A stretch of 32,000 nt of DNA from Mycolicibacterium smegmatis (GTDB lineage Bacteria > Actinomycetota > Actinomycetes > Mycobacteriales > Mycobacteriaceae): NCBI RefSeq assembly GCF_001457595.1, contig NZ_LN831039.1, positions 2,520,001-2,552,000 of the forward strand, in the 5' to 3' direction. A model generated the notes under the pieces. It was not told where the DNA came from and did not search any database. It saw only the letters and a program-made list of their open reading frames with translations. Shown here one piece after another: positions 1 to 8,313 of the stretch. Both the position numbers and the translations under genes were made by a program. Each line of letters starts with the position of its first letter. Within the stretch, counting starts at the first letter, position 1.

Positions 1-373
1 TCAGGCCGCCGTCACCTGACGGATCGACGGGGATCACGGTCTTGATCTTCGGCTCGGCACGCGTGGCGACCTCTTTGATCGCACCCGTCAACCGCTCGCC
101 CACCAGCGCGGACTGGCTGTCGGCGCCCATGATCAGGCCACTGGTGCTGTCGAGGCAGCCCTGCATGACACCCGGCGCGGGGCATTCCTTGGGGAACGGA
201 ACCGCCGGCAGCGGCGGGGGCGGCGGCGGAGTCGTGGTGGGGCCGGGCCGCAGCTCGGGTTCGGTGGTGAACGGCTCCGACTGTGCCGCATCGAACCGGG
301 CGCACCCCGTGCCGACCAGCATCGCGGCACACAAGACGGCGGCCACCTGTCTCATCCGCCGGAGCGATTTCAT
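1..373 (-). CDS. lppZ: LppZ-like lipoprotein, N-terminal part (3' end outside window)
   Basis: The minus-strand frame is open from the window edge to the ATG at 373-371. It is missing from the ORF track because it runs off the edge. My translation is MKSLRRMRQVAAVLCAAMLVGTGCARFDAAQSEPFTTEPELRPGPTTTPPPPPPLPAVPFPKECPAPGVMQGCLDSTSGLIMG... It has a signal peptide, a lipobox-like LVGTGC and a Pro-rich linker. It resembles the mycobacterial LppZ (Rv3006) N-terminus as I recall it, and the synteny fits. Confidence 0.75.
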   Translation of the reverse strand, partial: MKSLRRMRQVAAVLCAAMLVGTGCARFDAAQSEPFTTEPELRPGPTTTPPPPPPLPAVPFPKECPAPGVMQGCLDSTSGLIMGADSQSALVGERLTGAIKEVATRAEPKIKTVIPVDPSGDGGL

Positions 374-507
374 GCTCGCCAGATTACGGATCGTCGCGCG
401 GTGTCCGCCACGCCGGCTGCCGGGCAGGGCGCTCGTGACGCGGAATCTCGCTCCAATACCAGGCGGAAGCGCCGTGGTAAATACCAGGATCCCGAGGAAG
501 TTGCACT

Positions 508-513
508 TACCCT
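508..513 (+). promoter_or_regulatory. Candidate -10 box (TACCCT) for a leaderless DoxX mRNA
   Basis: A TANNNT hexamer lies exactly 6 nt upstream of the GTG at 520. No Shine-Dalgarno sequence lies between them. Confidence 0.35.
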
Positions 514-519
514 GGCAGC

Positions 520-1362
520 GTGACCAGTTCCTCGCAGGACCCGTGGCAAAGACCCGATAATCCGGGGACCGGCGATTCCGCCAGGCCCGCCGGGGCAAGT
601 CTGGTCGATCCTGAAGACGATCTGCCCTCGGCCTCGTACGGTGGCGACTTCGAGACCACCGCCATCCCGCGCTACGACTCCAAGGCGCCCGACCAGTCGG
701 CGTTCAGCATGGTCAGTGAGCCCGAGCCGCTGCCGTACGTGCAGCCCGGACTGCATGCGCCGATGGGCGCGTACCCGGCCGAGCCGGTCGAGATCGACCG
801 CAACGACGTCGTCGACGACCAGGTCAGAGCCGCCGGGAGACGAGGCACCCAGGACCTCGGCCTGCTGATCCTGCGCGTGGCCGTCGGTGGGCTGCTCATC
901 CTGCACGGCCTGCAGAAGGCTTTCGGCTGGTGGGGCGGACCGGGTTTCGACGGGTTCGGCACGTCGCTCGACGACATGGGTTTCAAGTACTCCGGCATCC
1001 TCACCTACGTCGCCACGGGCGGCCAGATCGCGGCAGGCGTGCTGCTGGTGCTGGGACTGTTCACGCCGATCGCCGCGGCAGGCGCGCTGGCCTACGGCAT
1101 CAACGGCCTGCTGGCCGAGGCGATGATCGCCCACGAGCAGGCCAGGCTCTCGGAGTTCTTCCACGACGGCCACCAGTACCGGCTGGTGATCCTCGCCGCG
1201 ACCGCGGCCGTCATCCTGACCGGACCGGGGCGTTACGGCTTCGACGCCGGACGCGGCTGGGCCAGGCGCCCGTTCGTCGGTTCGTTCGTGGCGCTTCTGA
1301 TCGGGATCGGCGCGGGCATCGGCATCTGGGCGCTGCTCAACGGCGGCAACCCGCTGGGCTGA
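520..1362 (+). CDS. DoxX-family integral membrane protein with a Pro/Asp-rich N-terminal extension
   Basis: This is a 280-aa ORF with a GTG start. The C-terminal ~165 aa has about four hydrophobic helices and a DoxX-like segment, GLLILHGLQKAFGWWGGPGFDG. The position matches Rv3005c between lppZ and cfp6. GC3 is high throughout. Confidence 0.8.
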   Translation: MTSSSQDPWQRPDNPGTGDSARPAGASLVDPEDDLPSASYGGDFETTAIPRYDSKAPDQSAFSMVSEPEPLPYVQPGLHAPMGAYPAEPVEIDRNDVVDDQVRAAGRRGTQDLGLLILRVAVGGLLILHGLQKAFGWWGGPGFDGFGTSLDDMGFKYSGILTYVATGGQIAAGVLLVLGLFTPIAAAGALAYGINGLLAEAMIAHEQARLSEFFHDGHQYRLVILAATAAVILTGPGRYGFDAGRGWARRPFVGSFVALLIGIGAGIGIWALLNGGNPLG

Positions 1363-1381
1363 TTCGCCTTTCCGGACCGTT

Positions 1382-1400
1382 ACGCGTGATCGTCACGCGT
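1382..1400. terminator. Short hairpin between convergent DoxX and cfp6 genes (possible bidirectional terminator)
   Basis: ACGCGTGA (1382-1389) and TCACGCGT (1393-1400) form a perfect 8-bp inverted repeat with a 3-nt loop. It overlaps the cfp6 stop codon. There is no clear U-tract. Confidence 0.25.
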
Positions 1401-1791
1401 ATGGGTTCGGAACCCGTCCTCCGCTGACCTCCGCGAGCAGCGGCAGCGTGGCGAACGTCACGGCGGGCAGGCGCAGATCCTCGCCGGTGGTGCGCTGCGC
1501 GACGGCCCAGCGGCCGCGCTCGAACCGCAGGCCCTCGATCTCACTCCACGGCACGGTCTGGCTGCCCAGCAGCGACCGCGCCGTCACGGTGTTGTGGTCG
1601 GCTTTGGTTTGGAACCGAATGACGGCCAGCGACAAGCCGATCGGGATGAGCAGCAGCACCCCGAACAACGGCGGATTGGTCAGGATCACGGTCAGCAGGC
1701 CCAGCGTGACCACCGCAACCGCCAGGTGCGCCATGGGCGATATCCGGATGACGACGGGGTCGGTGGCTGAACGTGCACTCACGGTGTCCAT
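1393..1791 (-). CDS. cfp6: Cfp6-like low-molecular-weight antigen, membrane-anchored bacterial PH-domain protein
   Basis: The C-terminal 113 aa, MAHLAVAVVTLGLLTVILTNPPLFGVLLLIPIGLSLAVIRFQTKADHNTVTARSLLGSQTVPWSEIEGLRFERGRWAV...ATLPLLAEVSGGRVPNPYA, matches Rv3004 (Cfp6) as recalled. The start is ambiguous: ATG at 1791 gives 132 aa and ATG at 1734 gives 113 aa. The track's 194-aa version (start 1977) would overlap the ilvB leader region and is unlikely. Confidence 0.8.
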   Translation of the reverse strand: MDTVSARSATDPVVIRISPMAHLAVAVVTLGLLTVILTNPPLFGVLLLIPIGLSLAVIRFQTKADHNTVTARSLLGSQTVPWSEIEGLRFERGRWAVAQRTTGEDLRLPAVTFATLPLLAEVSGGRVPNPYA

Positions 1792-1880
1792 CCTTGCACT
1801 GGCCCGGTACAGCGCAGAAAACGCTCCCAATACCTTGCTCACGGGCCGATCGCAATTTGACCTTTGACCTGTGTGGCAGC

Positions 1881-1886
1881 TACCGT
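1881..1886 (+). promoter_or_regulatory. Candidate -10 box (TACCGT) upstream of the ilvB leader ORF
   Basis: A TANNNT hexamer lies 8 nt upstream of the ATG at 1895. TTGACC sits at 1864-1869, but its spacing to the hexamer (11 nt) is too short for a canonical -35. This call is weak. Confidence 0.25.
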
Positions 1887-1894
1887 CAACGCTT

Positions 1895-1966
1895 ATGCAG
1901 ACCCCGGGAGTGCTCGTAGTAATTGGTTGGCGCGTTGATGCCGCGCTGGCCCTCTGCCGGGCATAG
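1895..1966 (+). CDS. Candidate ilvB leader peptide (23 aa, MQTPGVLVVIGWRVDAALALCRA)
   Basis: The ORF runs ATG 1895 to TAG 1964-1966. Codons 6-10 are GTG CTC GTA GTA ATT (V-L-V-V-I). GTA and ATT are rare A/T-ending codons in this GC3-rich window. An intrinsic terminator follows immediately, and the ORF lies 140-210 nt upstream of ilvB. It is too short for the ORF track. Confidence 0.55.
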   Translation: MQTPGVLVVIGWRVDAALALCRA

Positions 1967-1987
1967 CACACCAGCATCGACGCGCCA

Positions 1988-2021
1988 CCCTCGTACAGCA
2001 GCCTGCTGACGGGGGTTTTTT
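1988..2021 (+). terminator. Intrinsic terminator (attenuator) in the ilvB 5' leader
   Basis: CCCTCG-TA-CAGCA (1988-2000), loop GCC, TGCTG-A-CGGGGG (2004-2015), followed by TTTTTT (2016-2021). It lies 84 nt upstream of the ilvB GTG and on the same strand. Confidence 0.6.
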
Positions 2022-2104
2022 GTTGCCCACAGGCGCGTCGGCGTCACCACCACAACCGAGATTCCGCCACAGAGGAAACGTAAGAGGGACGGGAAGAGAA
2101 CACC

Positions 2105-3961
2105 GTGAGCGCACCCACCACGCGACCACCACACACGGCCGCAGCCCCCGCGAACGGCGCACCTGCGCCGACGTCAGATCAGCCGCAGCCCAAGCGCGTT
2201 GCGCCTGAGCAGCTCACCGGCGCCCAGGCCGTCGTCCGGTCGCTGGAGGAGATCGGCGTCGACACCATCTTCGGTATCCCCGGCGGTGCGGTGCTCCCGG
2301 TCTACGATCCGCTGTTCGACTCGAAGAAGCTGCGCCACGTGCTGGTGCGCCACGAGCAGGGTGCCGGCCACGCCGCGAGTGGCTACGCGCACGCGACCGG
2401 GAAGGTCGGCGTGATGATGGCGACCTCCGGCCCTGGCGCCACCAACCTGATCACGCCGCTGGCCGACGCCCAGATGGATTCAATCCCGGTCGTCGCGATC
2501 ACCGGTCAGGTCGGCCGCTCGCTGATCGGCACCGATGCGTTCCAGGAAGCCGACATCACCGGCATGACGATGCCGATCACCAAGCACAACTTCCTGGTGC
2601 GCAACGGCGACGACATCCCGCGCGTCATCGCCGAGGCGTTCCACATCGCGCGGTCGGGACGTCCCGGCGCGGTGCTCGTGGACATCCCCAAGGACATCCT
2701 GCAGGGGCAGTGCACGTTCAGCTGGCCGCCGAAGATCGACCTGCCGGGCTACAAGCCCACCACCAAGCCGCACAACCGCCAGATCCGCGAGGCCGCCAAG
2801 CTCATCGCGCAGGCCCGCAAGCCCGTGCTGTACGTCGGCGGCGGCGTGATCCGCGGCGAGGCCACGGCCGAGCTGCTGGAGCTGGCCGAGCTGACCGGCA
2901 TCCCGGTCGTGACGACGCTGATGGCGCGTGGCGCGTTCCCCGACAGCCACCGCCAGAACATGGGCATGCCCGGTATGCACGGCACGGTCGCCGCGGTTGC
3001 CGCGCTGCAGCGCAGCGATCTGCTGATCGCGCTGGGCACGCGGTTCGACGATCGCGTCACCGGCAAGCTCGACTCGTTCGCGCCGGAGGCCAAGGTGATC
3101 CACGCCGACATCGACCCGGCCGAGATCGGCAAGAACCGCCACGCCGACGTGCCGATCGTCGGTGACGTCAAGGCCGTCATCGCCGAGCTGGTGCAGTCGC
3201 TGCGCAAGACCGGCACCACGGCCGAGGCGTTGCAGCTCGACAGCTGGTGGGAGTACCTGTCGGGCATCCGTTCGACCTACCCGCTGAGCTACGGCCCGCA
3301 GAGCGACGGCAGCCTGTCGCCGGAGTTCGTCATCGAGAAGCTGGGCCAGATCGCCGGTCCCGACGCGGTTTACGTCGCCGGTGTGGGCCAGCACCAGATG
3401 TGGGCCGCGCAGTTCATCAAGTACGAGAACCCGAAGACATGGCTGAACTCGGGCGGTCTCGGCACGATGGGCTTCGCCGTGCCCGCGGCGATGGGCGCCA
3501 AGTTCGCCCGGCCCGAGGCCGAGGTGTGGGCCATCGACGGTGACGGCTGCTTCCAGATGACCAACCAGGAACTGGCGACCTGTGCGCTGGAGGGTGCGCC
3601 GATCAAGGTGGCGTTGATCAACAACGGCAACCTGGGCATGGTGCGCCAGTGGCAGACCCTGTTCTACGACGAGCGCTACAGCCAGACGAACCTGTCCACG
3701 CACTCGCGGCGGATCCCGGACTTCGTCAAGCTGGCCGAGGCGCTGGGCTGCGTCGGCCTGCGGTGCGAACGAGCCGAGGACGTCGAGGACGTCATCAACC
3801 AGGCCCGCGCCATCAACGATCGTCCGGTGGTCATCGATTTCATCGTGGGCGCCGACGCCCAGGTGTGGCCGATGGTCGCGGCAGGTACCGGCAACGACGA
3901 GATCATGGCGGCCCGCGACATCAGGCCGCTGTTCGATGACAACGAAGAGGGGCACGCCTGA
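2105..3961 (+). CDS. ilvB: Acetolactate synthase (acetohydroxyacid synthase) large catalytic subunit
   Basis: This is a 618-aa ORF with a GTG start preceded by GGGAAGAG. It is near-colinear with mycobacterial IlvB1: MSAPT..., [34 protein letters not shown], the ThDP motif [17 protein letters not shown] and [16 protein letters not shown]. Confidence 0.97.
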   Translation: MSAPTTRPPHTAAAPANGAPAPTSDQPQPKRVAPEQLTGAQAVVRSLEEIGVDTIFGIPGGAVLPVYDPLFDSKKLRHVLVRHEQGAGHAASGYAHATGKVGVMMATSGPGATNLITPLADAQMDSIPVVAITGQVGRSLIGTDAFQEADITGMTMPITKHNFLVRNGDDIPRVIAEAFHIARSGRPGAVLVDIPKDILQGQCTFSWPPKIDLPGYKPTTKPHNRQIREAAKLIAQARKPVLYVGGGVIRGEATAELLELAELTGIPVVTTLMARGAFPDSHRQNMGMPGMHGTVAAVAALQRSDLLIALGTRFDDRVTGKLDSFAPEAKVIHADIDPAEIGKNRHADVPIVGDVKAVIAELVQSLRKTGTTAEALQLDSWWEYLSGIRSTYPLSYGPQSDGSLSPEFVIEKLGQIAGPDAVYVAGVGQHQMWAAQFIKYENPKTWLNSGGLGTMGFAVPAAMGAKFARPEAEVWAIDGDGCFQMTNQELATCALEGAPIKVALINNGNLGMVRQWQTLFYDERYSQTNLSTHSRRIPDFVKLAEALGCVGLRCERAEDVEDVINQARAINDRPVVIDFIVGADAQVWPMVAAGTGNDEIMAARDIRPLFDDNEEGHA

Positions 3962-4029
3962 TGAGCGCTTGCGCGAAGAAGAGAGAATCCTGATGAGCGC
4001 TTGCGCGAAGAAGAGAGAATCCTGATGAG
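3957..4029 (+). repeat. Perfect 32-bp tandem duplication (2.3 copies) at the ilvB stop / ilvN start junction
   Basis: Positions 3961-3992 and 3993-4024 are both ATGAGCGCTTGCGCGAAGAAGAGAGAATCCTG. The same periodicity continues into CCTG (3957-3960) and ATGAG (4025-4029). Each copy encodes ATG..TGA = [10 protein letters not shown]. Confidence 0.95.
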
Positions 4030-4537
4030 TAACGGAACCCCCACCCACACCCTGTCGGTGCTGGTCGAGGACAAACCCGGTGTTCTCGCGCGAGTCTCCT
4101 CACTGTTCTCGCGCCGCGGCTTCAACATCCAGTCGCTCGCGGTCGGCGCGACCGAGCAGAAGGACATGTCGCGCATGACCATCGTGGTGAGTGTCGAGGA
4201 CTCGCCGCTCGAACAGATCACCAAGCAGCTCAACAAGCTGATCAACGTGATCAAGATCGTCGAGCAGGAAGAGGACAACTCGGTGTCCCGCGAGCTCGCA
4301 CTCATCAAGGTGCGGGCCGATGCGACCACGCGCGGTCAGATCATCGAAGCGGTGAACCTGTTCCGCGCCAAGGTCGTTGATGTTTCGACCGAATCTCTCA
4401 CGATCGAGGCGACGGGTACGCCGGAGAAGCTGGAGGCCCTGCTGCGGGTCCTGGAGCCGTATGGCATCCGGGAGATCGCTCAGTCCGGTGTGGTGTCGGT
4501 GTCGCGCGGTCCGCGGGGCATCGGCGCAGCGAAGTAA
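4025..4537 (+). CDS. ilvN: Acetolactate synthase small regulatory subunit (ACT domain)
   Basis: MSNGTPTHTLSVLVEDKPGVLARVSSLFSRRGFNIQSLAVGATEQKDMSRMTIVV...SRGPRGIGAAK (170 aa) matches mycobacterial IlvN. I prefer the ATG at 4025 over the track's TTG at 4001, because orthologues begin at MS..THTLSVLVEDKPG. Confidence 0.94.
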   Translation: MSNGTPTHTLSVLVEDKPGVLARVSSLFSRRGFNIQSLAVGATEQKDMSRMTIVVSVEDSPLEQITKQLNKLINVIKIVEQEEDNSVSRELALIKVRADATTRGQIIEAVNLFRAKVVDVSTESLTIEATGTPEKLEALLRVLEPYGIREIAQSGVVSVSRGPRGIGAAK

Positions 4538-4551
4538 TCAGGCTCGAGTAG

Positions 4552-5607
<1,056 letters not shown>

Positions 5608-5625
5608 GTTTCGCCGACATCGACC

Positions 5626-5662
5626 AAAAGGGCCGCCCTCGCACGCCGGGGGCGGCCCTTTT
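5626..5662. terminator. Bidirectional intrinsic terminator between convergent ilvC and wrbA
   Basis: AAAA-GGGCCGCCC (5630-5638), an 11-nt loop, GGGCGGCCC (5650-5658), then TTTT. The 9-bp GC stem is perfect and flanked by an A-tract and a T-tract. Confidence 0.7.
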
Positions 5663-5678
5663 CGTCGTTCTGCGGTTG

Positions 5679-6290
5679 CTACCCGGCCAGCCGGCCCGCG
5701 ACGGTGACCACGCGGCGTGCGAGATGGTCGAGCGCGTTGTTGGTGATCTCGTCGATCTCGGTGATGTTGGTGCGGTTGGCGATCAGCCCCACGCCGTAAG
5801 GGTTCCCGTCGGCGAACTTCACCTCGTCGGTGTAACCGGGCGGGACGATGATCCCGCCGAAGTGCATCAGCGTCACATAGAGATTGAGCAGGGTCGACTC
5901 CTGGCCGCCGTGCGCGGTCTGGCTCGAGGTGAACGCGGCGTACACCTTGTCGGCCAGCCTGCCCTGCGCCCACAGGCCGCCGAGGGAATCGATGAACGCC
6001 CGGAATTGTGCTGCCGGTGAACCGAATCGGGTGGGGGAGCCGAAAACCACCGCATCGGCCCACACGATGTCCTCACCGGTGGCCGCCGGAAGATCCTTGG
6101 TCGCCTCGTAATTGGCCGTCCACGCCGGGTTCTGGGTGAACGTCTGCGGATCCTGTGTCTCGGCGATGTGCCGCAACCGCACCTCTGCTCCCGCTGCCTC
6201 CGCGCTGGCGGCCACGCGCTGTGCCATCGTGGTGCCGTGGCCCGTGGCCGAGTAGTAGATGACGGCGACTTTCGTCGCGGAAGAGGTCAT
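5679..6290 (-). CDS. wrbA: NAD(P)H:quinone oxidoreductase, WrbA-type flavodoxin-like protein
   Basis: This 203-aa ORF starts KVAVIYYSATGHGTTMAQ and contains AVVFGSPTRFGSPAAQFRAFIDSLGGLW and SSQTAHGGQEST, which are typical WrbA/type IV NQO motifs. Confidence 0.85.
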   Translation of the reverse strand: MTSSATKVAVIYYSATGHGTTMAQRVAASAEAAGAEVRLRHIAETQDPQTFTQNPAWTANYEATKDLPAATGEDIVWADAVVFGSPTRFGSPAAQFRAFIDSLGGLWAQGRLADKVYAAFTSSQTAHGGQESTLLNLYVTLMHFGGIIVPPGYTDEVKFADGNPYGVGLIANRTNITEIDEITNNALDHLARRVVTVAGRLAG

Positions 6291-6296
6291 CCGTTC

Positions 6297-6302
6297 ACTG
6301 TA
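6297..6302 (-). promoter_or_regulatory. Candidate -10 box (TACAGT) for a leaderless wrbA mRNA
   Basis: On the minus strand, TACAGT lies 6 nt upstream of the ATG at 6290. No SD is present. Confidence 0.35.
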
Positions 6303-6317
6303 GAGATCGCGTCCCGG

Positions 6318-6779
6318 TCACGGGGTCGCTTCGTGACCGGGACGCCCGTGGGTGCGGCGACGCTTTTTCATCTCGGATTCGAACACATGCCGGGCGCCGC
6401 CCATGAACTCGTCGCGCAGGCGACGCTCGTGCTCACGGAACAGTGACCAGTACGTGTCGTCGAACTCCTCGACGATCTGGAACGACCACCGGCCGGGCAG
6501 GACGTTGTGGCCCACCAGTTCGGTCTGCACGCGCTCGGCGGCGGCGTCGTGACCGGCCTCGCGCAATTTGTCGCACACCTCGTCGAGCAGTGCGTCGGCG
6601 TGCCCGATGAGTTGATGGAAGGTGTACAGATGCCCGCGGGCGCGCTCGATGTACTCCAGCGCCTCCGACATCTTCCCGGCGGCTTCGACGGTGTCGTCGC
6701 CGACACCGGGTGGCCGTGCATGCCGACTGTCGGTGCTGCCGTTGGCTGTGCGCTCGTTCATGCTGCGCGGGATACCCAT
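6318..6779 (-). CDS. Conserved hypothetical protein (Rv2998-like, 153 aa)
   Basis: The track ORF 6318..7256 overlaps the upstream gene. The ATG at 6779 gives 153 aa and leaves a 32-nt gap after the stop of the upstream oxidoreductase. Size and position match Rv2998 as recalled. I recognise no domain. The sequence is helical and charged (EALEYIERARGHLYTFHQLIGHADALLDEV...). Confidence 0.6.
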   Translation of the reverse strand: MGIPRSMNERTANGSTDSRHARPPGVGDDTVEAAGKMSEALEYIERARGHLYTFHQLIGHADALLDEVCDKLREAGHDAAAERVQTELVGHNVLPGRWSFQIVEEFDDTYWSLFREHERRLRDEFMGGARHVFESEMKKRRRTHGRPGHEATP

Positions 6780-6811
6780 TCCGGACGACCGTGACGCACA
6801 TCCGGCGCGTG

Positions 6812-8236
6812 TCAGCGCAGAGCAGGCAGGCCCAGGCCGAACTCGCGCCGCAGAACTGTGCGCGCGGCGTAGAACCCGGACATGCCGTGTACGCCGCTGC
6901 CGGGCGGGGTGGCCGACGAGCACAGGTACGCCTTGGGGATCGGCGTGGTCCACGGATTGACCCGGGGCGTCGGTCCCGTCAGCGCGCTGATCATGTTGTT
7001 GCCACCCACCCCGATGTCGCCGCCGATCAGATTGGCGTTGTGGTGCGACATCTGCGATGCGGGCACACTGCGCACCGCGACGACGAGATCCCGGAACCCG
7101 GGCGCGAACCGCTCGAGGATCGACGTCACGGTGTCGGCCATGTCGACCGGCGATCCCGACGGCACGTGCGCATACGTCCACAGTGGCCGCCTGCCTCGGG
7201 CGTCGATGCGGCCCGGGTCGGCGATGTGCGGCGACGCCGCGAGCACCATGGGCCACTCGGCGTGACGGCCGCGGGCGACCTCGGATTCGGCCAGTGCCAT
7301 CTGTTCTCGGCTGCCCCCGAGGTGCAGCGTCGGCGACTGCGCCAAACGTGGATCACTCCAAGGGATCTCGCCCGACAACACGAAATCGACCTTGGCCACG
7401 CCTGATCCGTAGGTGTAGTTACGCAGAGCCTTTGCGTAGCGCGGCGGAACGGCGTCGCGGTAGATCGACAACAGCGCGGTCGGCGCGGTGTCGTAAACGA
7501 CGACGCCCGAGGGTGGTTCGGTGACCTCCTCGCCGAGGACGAGTTCGCCGCCGTGCGCGCGCAGATCGGCGATCAGCGCGTCGGGGATGGCCTGTGACCC
7601 ACCGATCGGGATCGGCCAGCCCACGGCGTGCGCGAGTGTGGCCAGCATCAGTCCGGCGCCCGCGGACACCAGTGACGGCATCGGCGAGATCGTGTGCGCC
7701 GCAACGCCACTGAACAACGCACGGGCGTCGTCGCCGCGCAGCAGCCGCCACAGCGCAGTGCCCTGACCCAGCATCCGCGGCGCCACGCGCAGCGCGGCCG
7801 GGATCGACGGCGGCAGTGAACGTTTGTCGCCCAGCATCAGCCCGACCACACCGTCGCAGTCGTCGGCGAGCGGGCCGAGCAGCCGCCGCCAAGAACGGCC
7901 GTCGTCCAACTCCGCGCACGTGCGGTCGATGTCGCGGTAACCGATCGCGGCGGGGCGTTCGACGAGCGGGTTGGCGTACGCGATCTCAGGGACCGCGAGC
8001 CGTACGCCGTGCGCGGTCAGGTCGTAGCCCGAGAAGAACGGCGACGCGAGCGCGAGAGGATGCACGGCCGAGCAGATGTCGTGGCTCACGCCGCCGAACT
8101 CGGGGTCCGGAAGGGTCCTGGCACCACCTCCCGGGGTGGTCTGGGCCTCTATGACCCGTACGGACAATCCGGCCCGAGCGCAGATGACCGCTGCGGTCAG
8201 GCCATTGGGTCCACTGCCCACGACTGTGACGTCCAC
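6812..8236 (-). CDS. FAD/NAD(P)-dependent oxidoreductase, phytoene-desaturase (CrtI)-like family (Rv2997-like)
   Basis: This is a 474-aa ORF with a GTG start. The N-terminal dinucleotide-binding motif is VTVVGSGPNGLTAAVICARAGLSVRVIE. The length and C-terminal region are typical of the amine-oxidase/CrtI superfamily. Confidence 0.85.
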   Translation of the reverse strand: MDVTVVGSGPNGLTAAVICARAGLSVRVIEAQTTPGGGARTLPDPEFGGVSHDICSAVHPLALASPFFSGYDLTAHGVRLAVPEIAYANPLVERPAAIGYRDIDRTCAELDDGRSWRRLLGPLADDCDGVVGLMLGDKRSLPPSIPAALRVAPRMLGQGTALWRLLRGDDARALFSGVAAHTISPMPSLVSAGAGLMLATLAHAVGWPIPIGGSQAIPDALIADLRAHGGELVLGEEVTEPPSGVVVYDTAPTALLSIYRDAVPPRYAKALRNYTYGSGVAKVDFVLSGEIPWSDPRLAQSPTLHLGGSREQMALAESEVARGRHAEWPMVLAASPHIADPGRIDARGRRPLWTYAHVPSGSPVDMADTVTSILERFAPGFRDLVVAVRSVPASQMSHHNANLIGGDIGVGGNNMISALTGPTPRVNPWTTPIPKAYLCSSATPPGSGVHGMSGFYAARTVLRREFGLGLPALR

Positions 8237-8301
8237 GACTCCAGTAGACCGTACGTACCTGCTACGTGGTAGCGGCCGTTTCGGTGTATAAGCGGACGCA
8301 C

Positions 8302-8307
8302 TAGGCT
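8302..8307 (+). promoter_or_regulatory. Candidate -10 box (TAGGCT) for a leaderless serA mRNA
   Basis: A TANNNT hexamer lies 6 nt upstream of the GTG at 8314, with no SD. Confidence 0.4.
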
Positions 8308-8313
8308 GACCGC

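Noticed and set aside
1393-1977. Full 194-aa version of the cfp6 ORF
   Set aside because: The N-terminal 62 codons have poor composition and would overlap the ilvB leader peptide region. The orthologue is only about 112 aa, so a shorter start (1791 or 1734) is preferred.
2480-4048. 522-aa minus-strand ORF antisense to ilvB
   Set aside because: It is a shadow ORF typical of high-GC DNA. Its product is Arg/Gly/Asp/His-rich low complexity with no domain. The plus strand encodes an unmistakable full-length IlvB.
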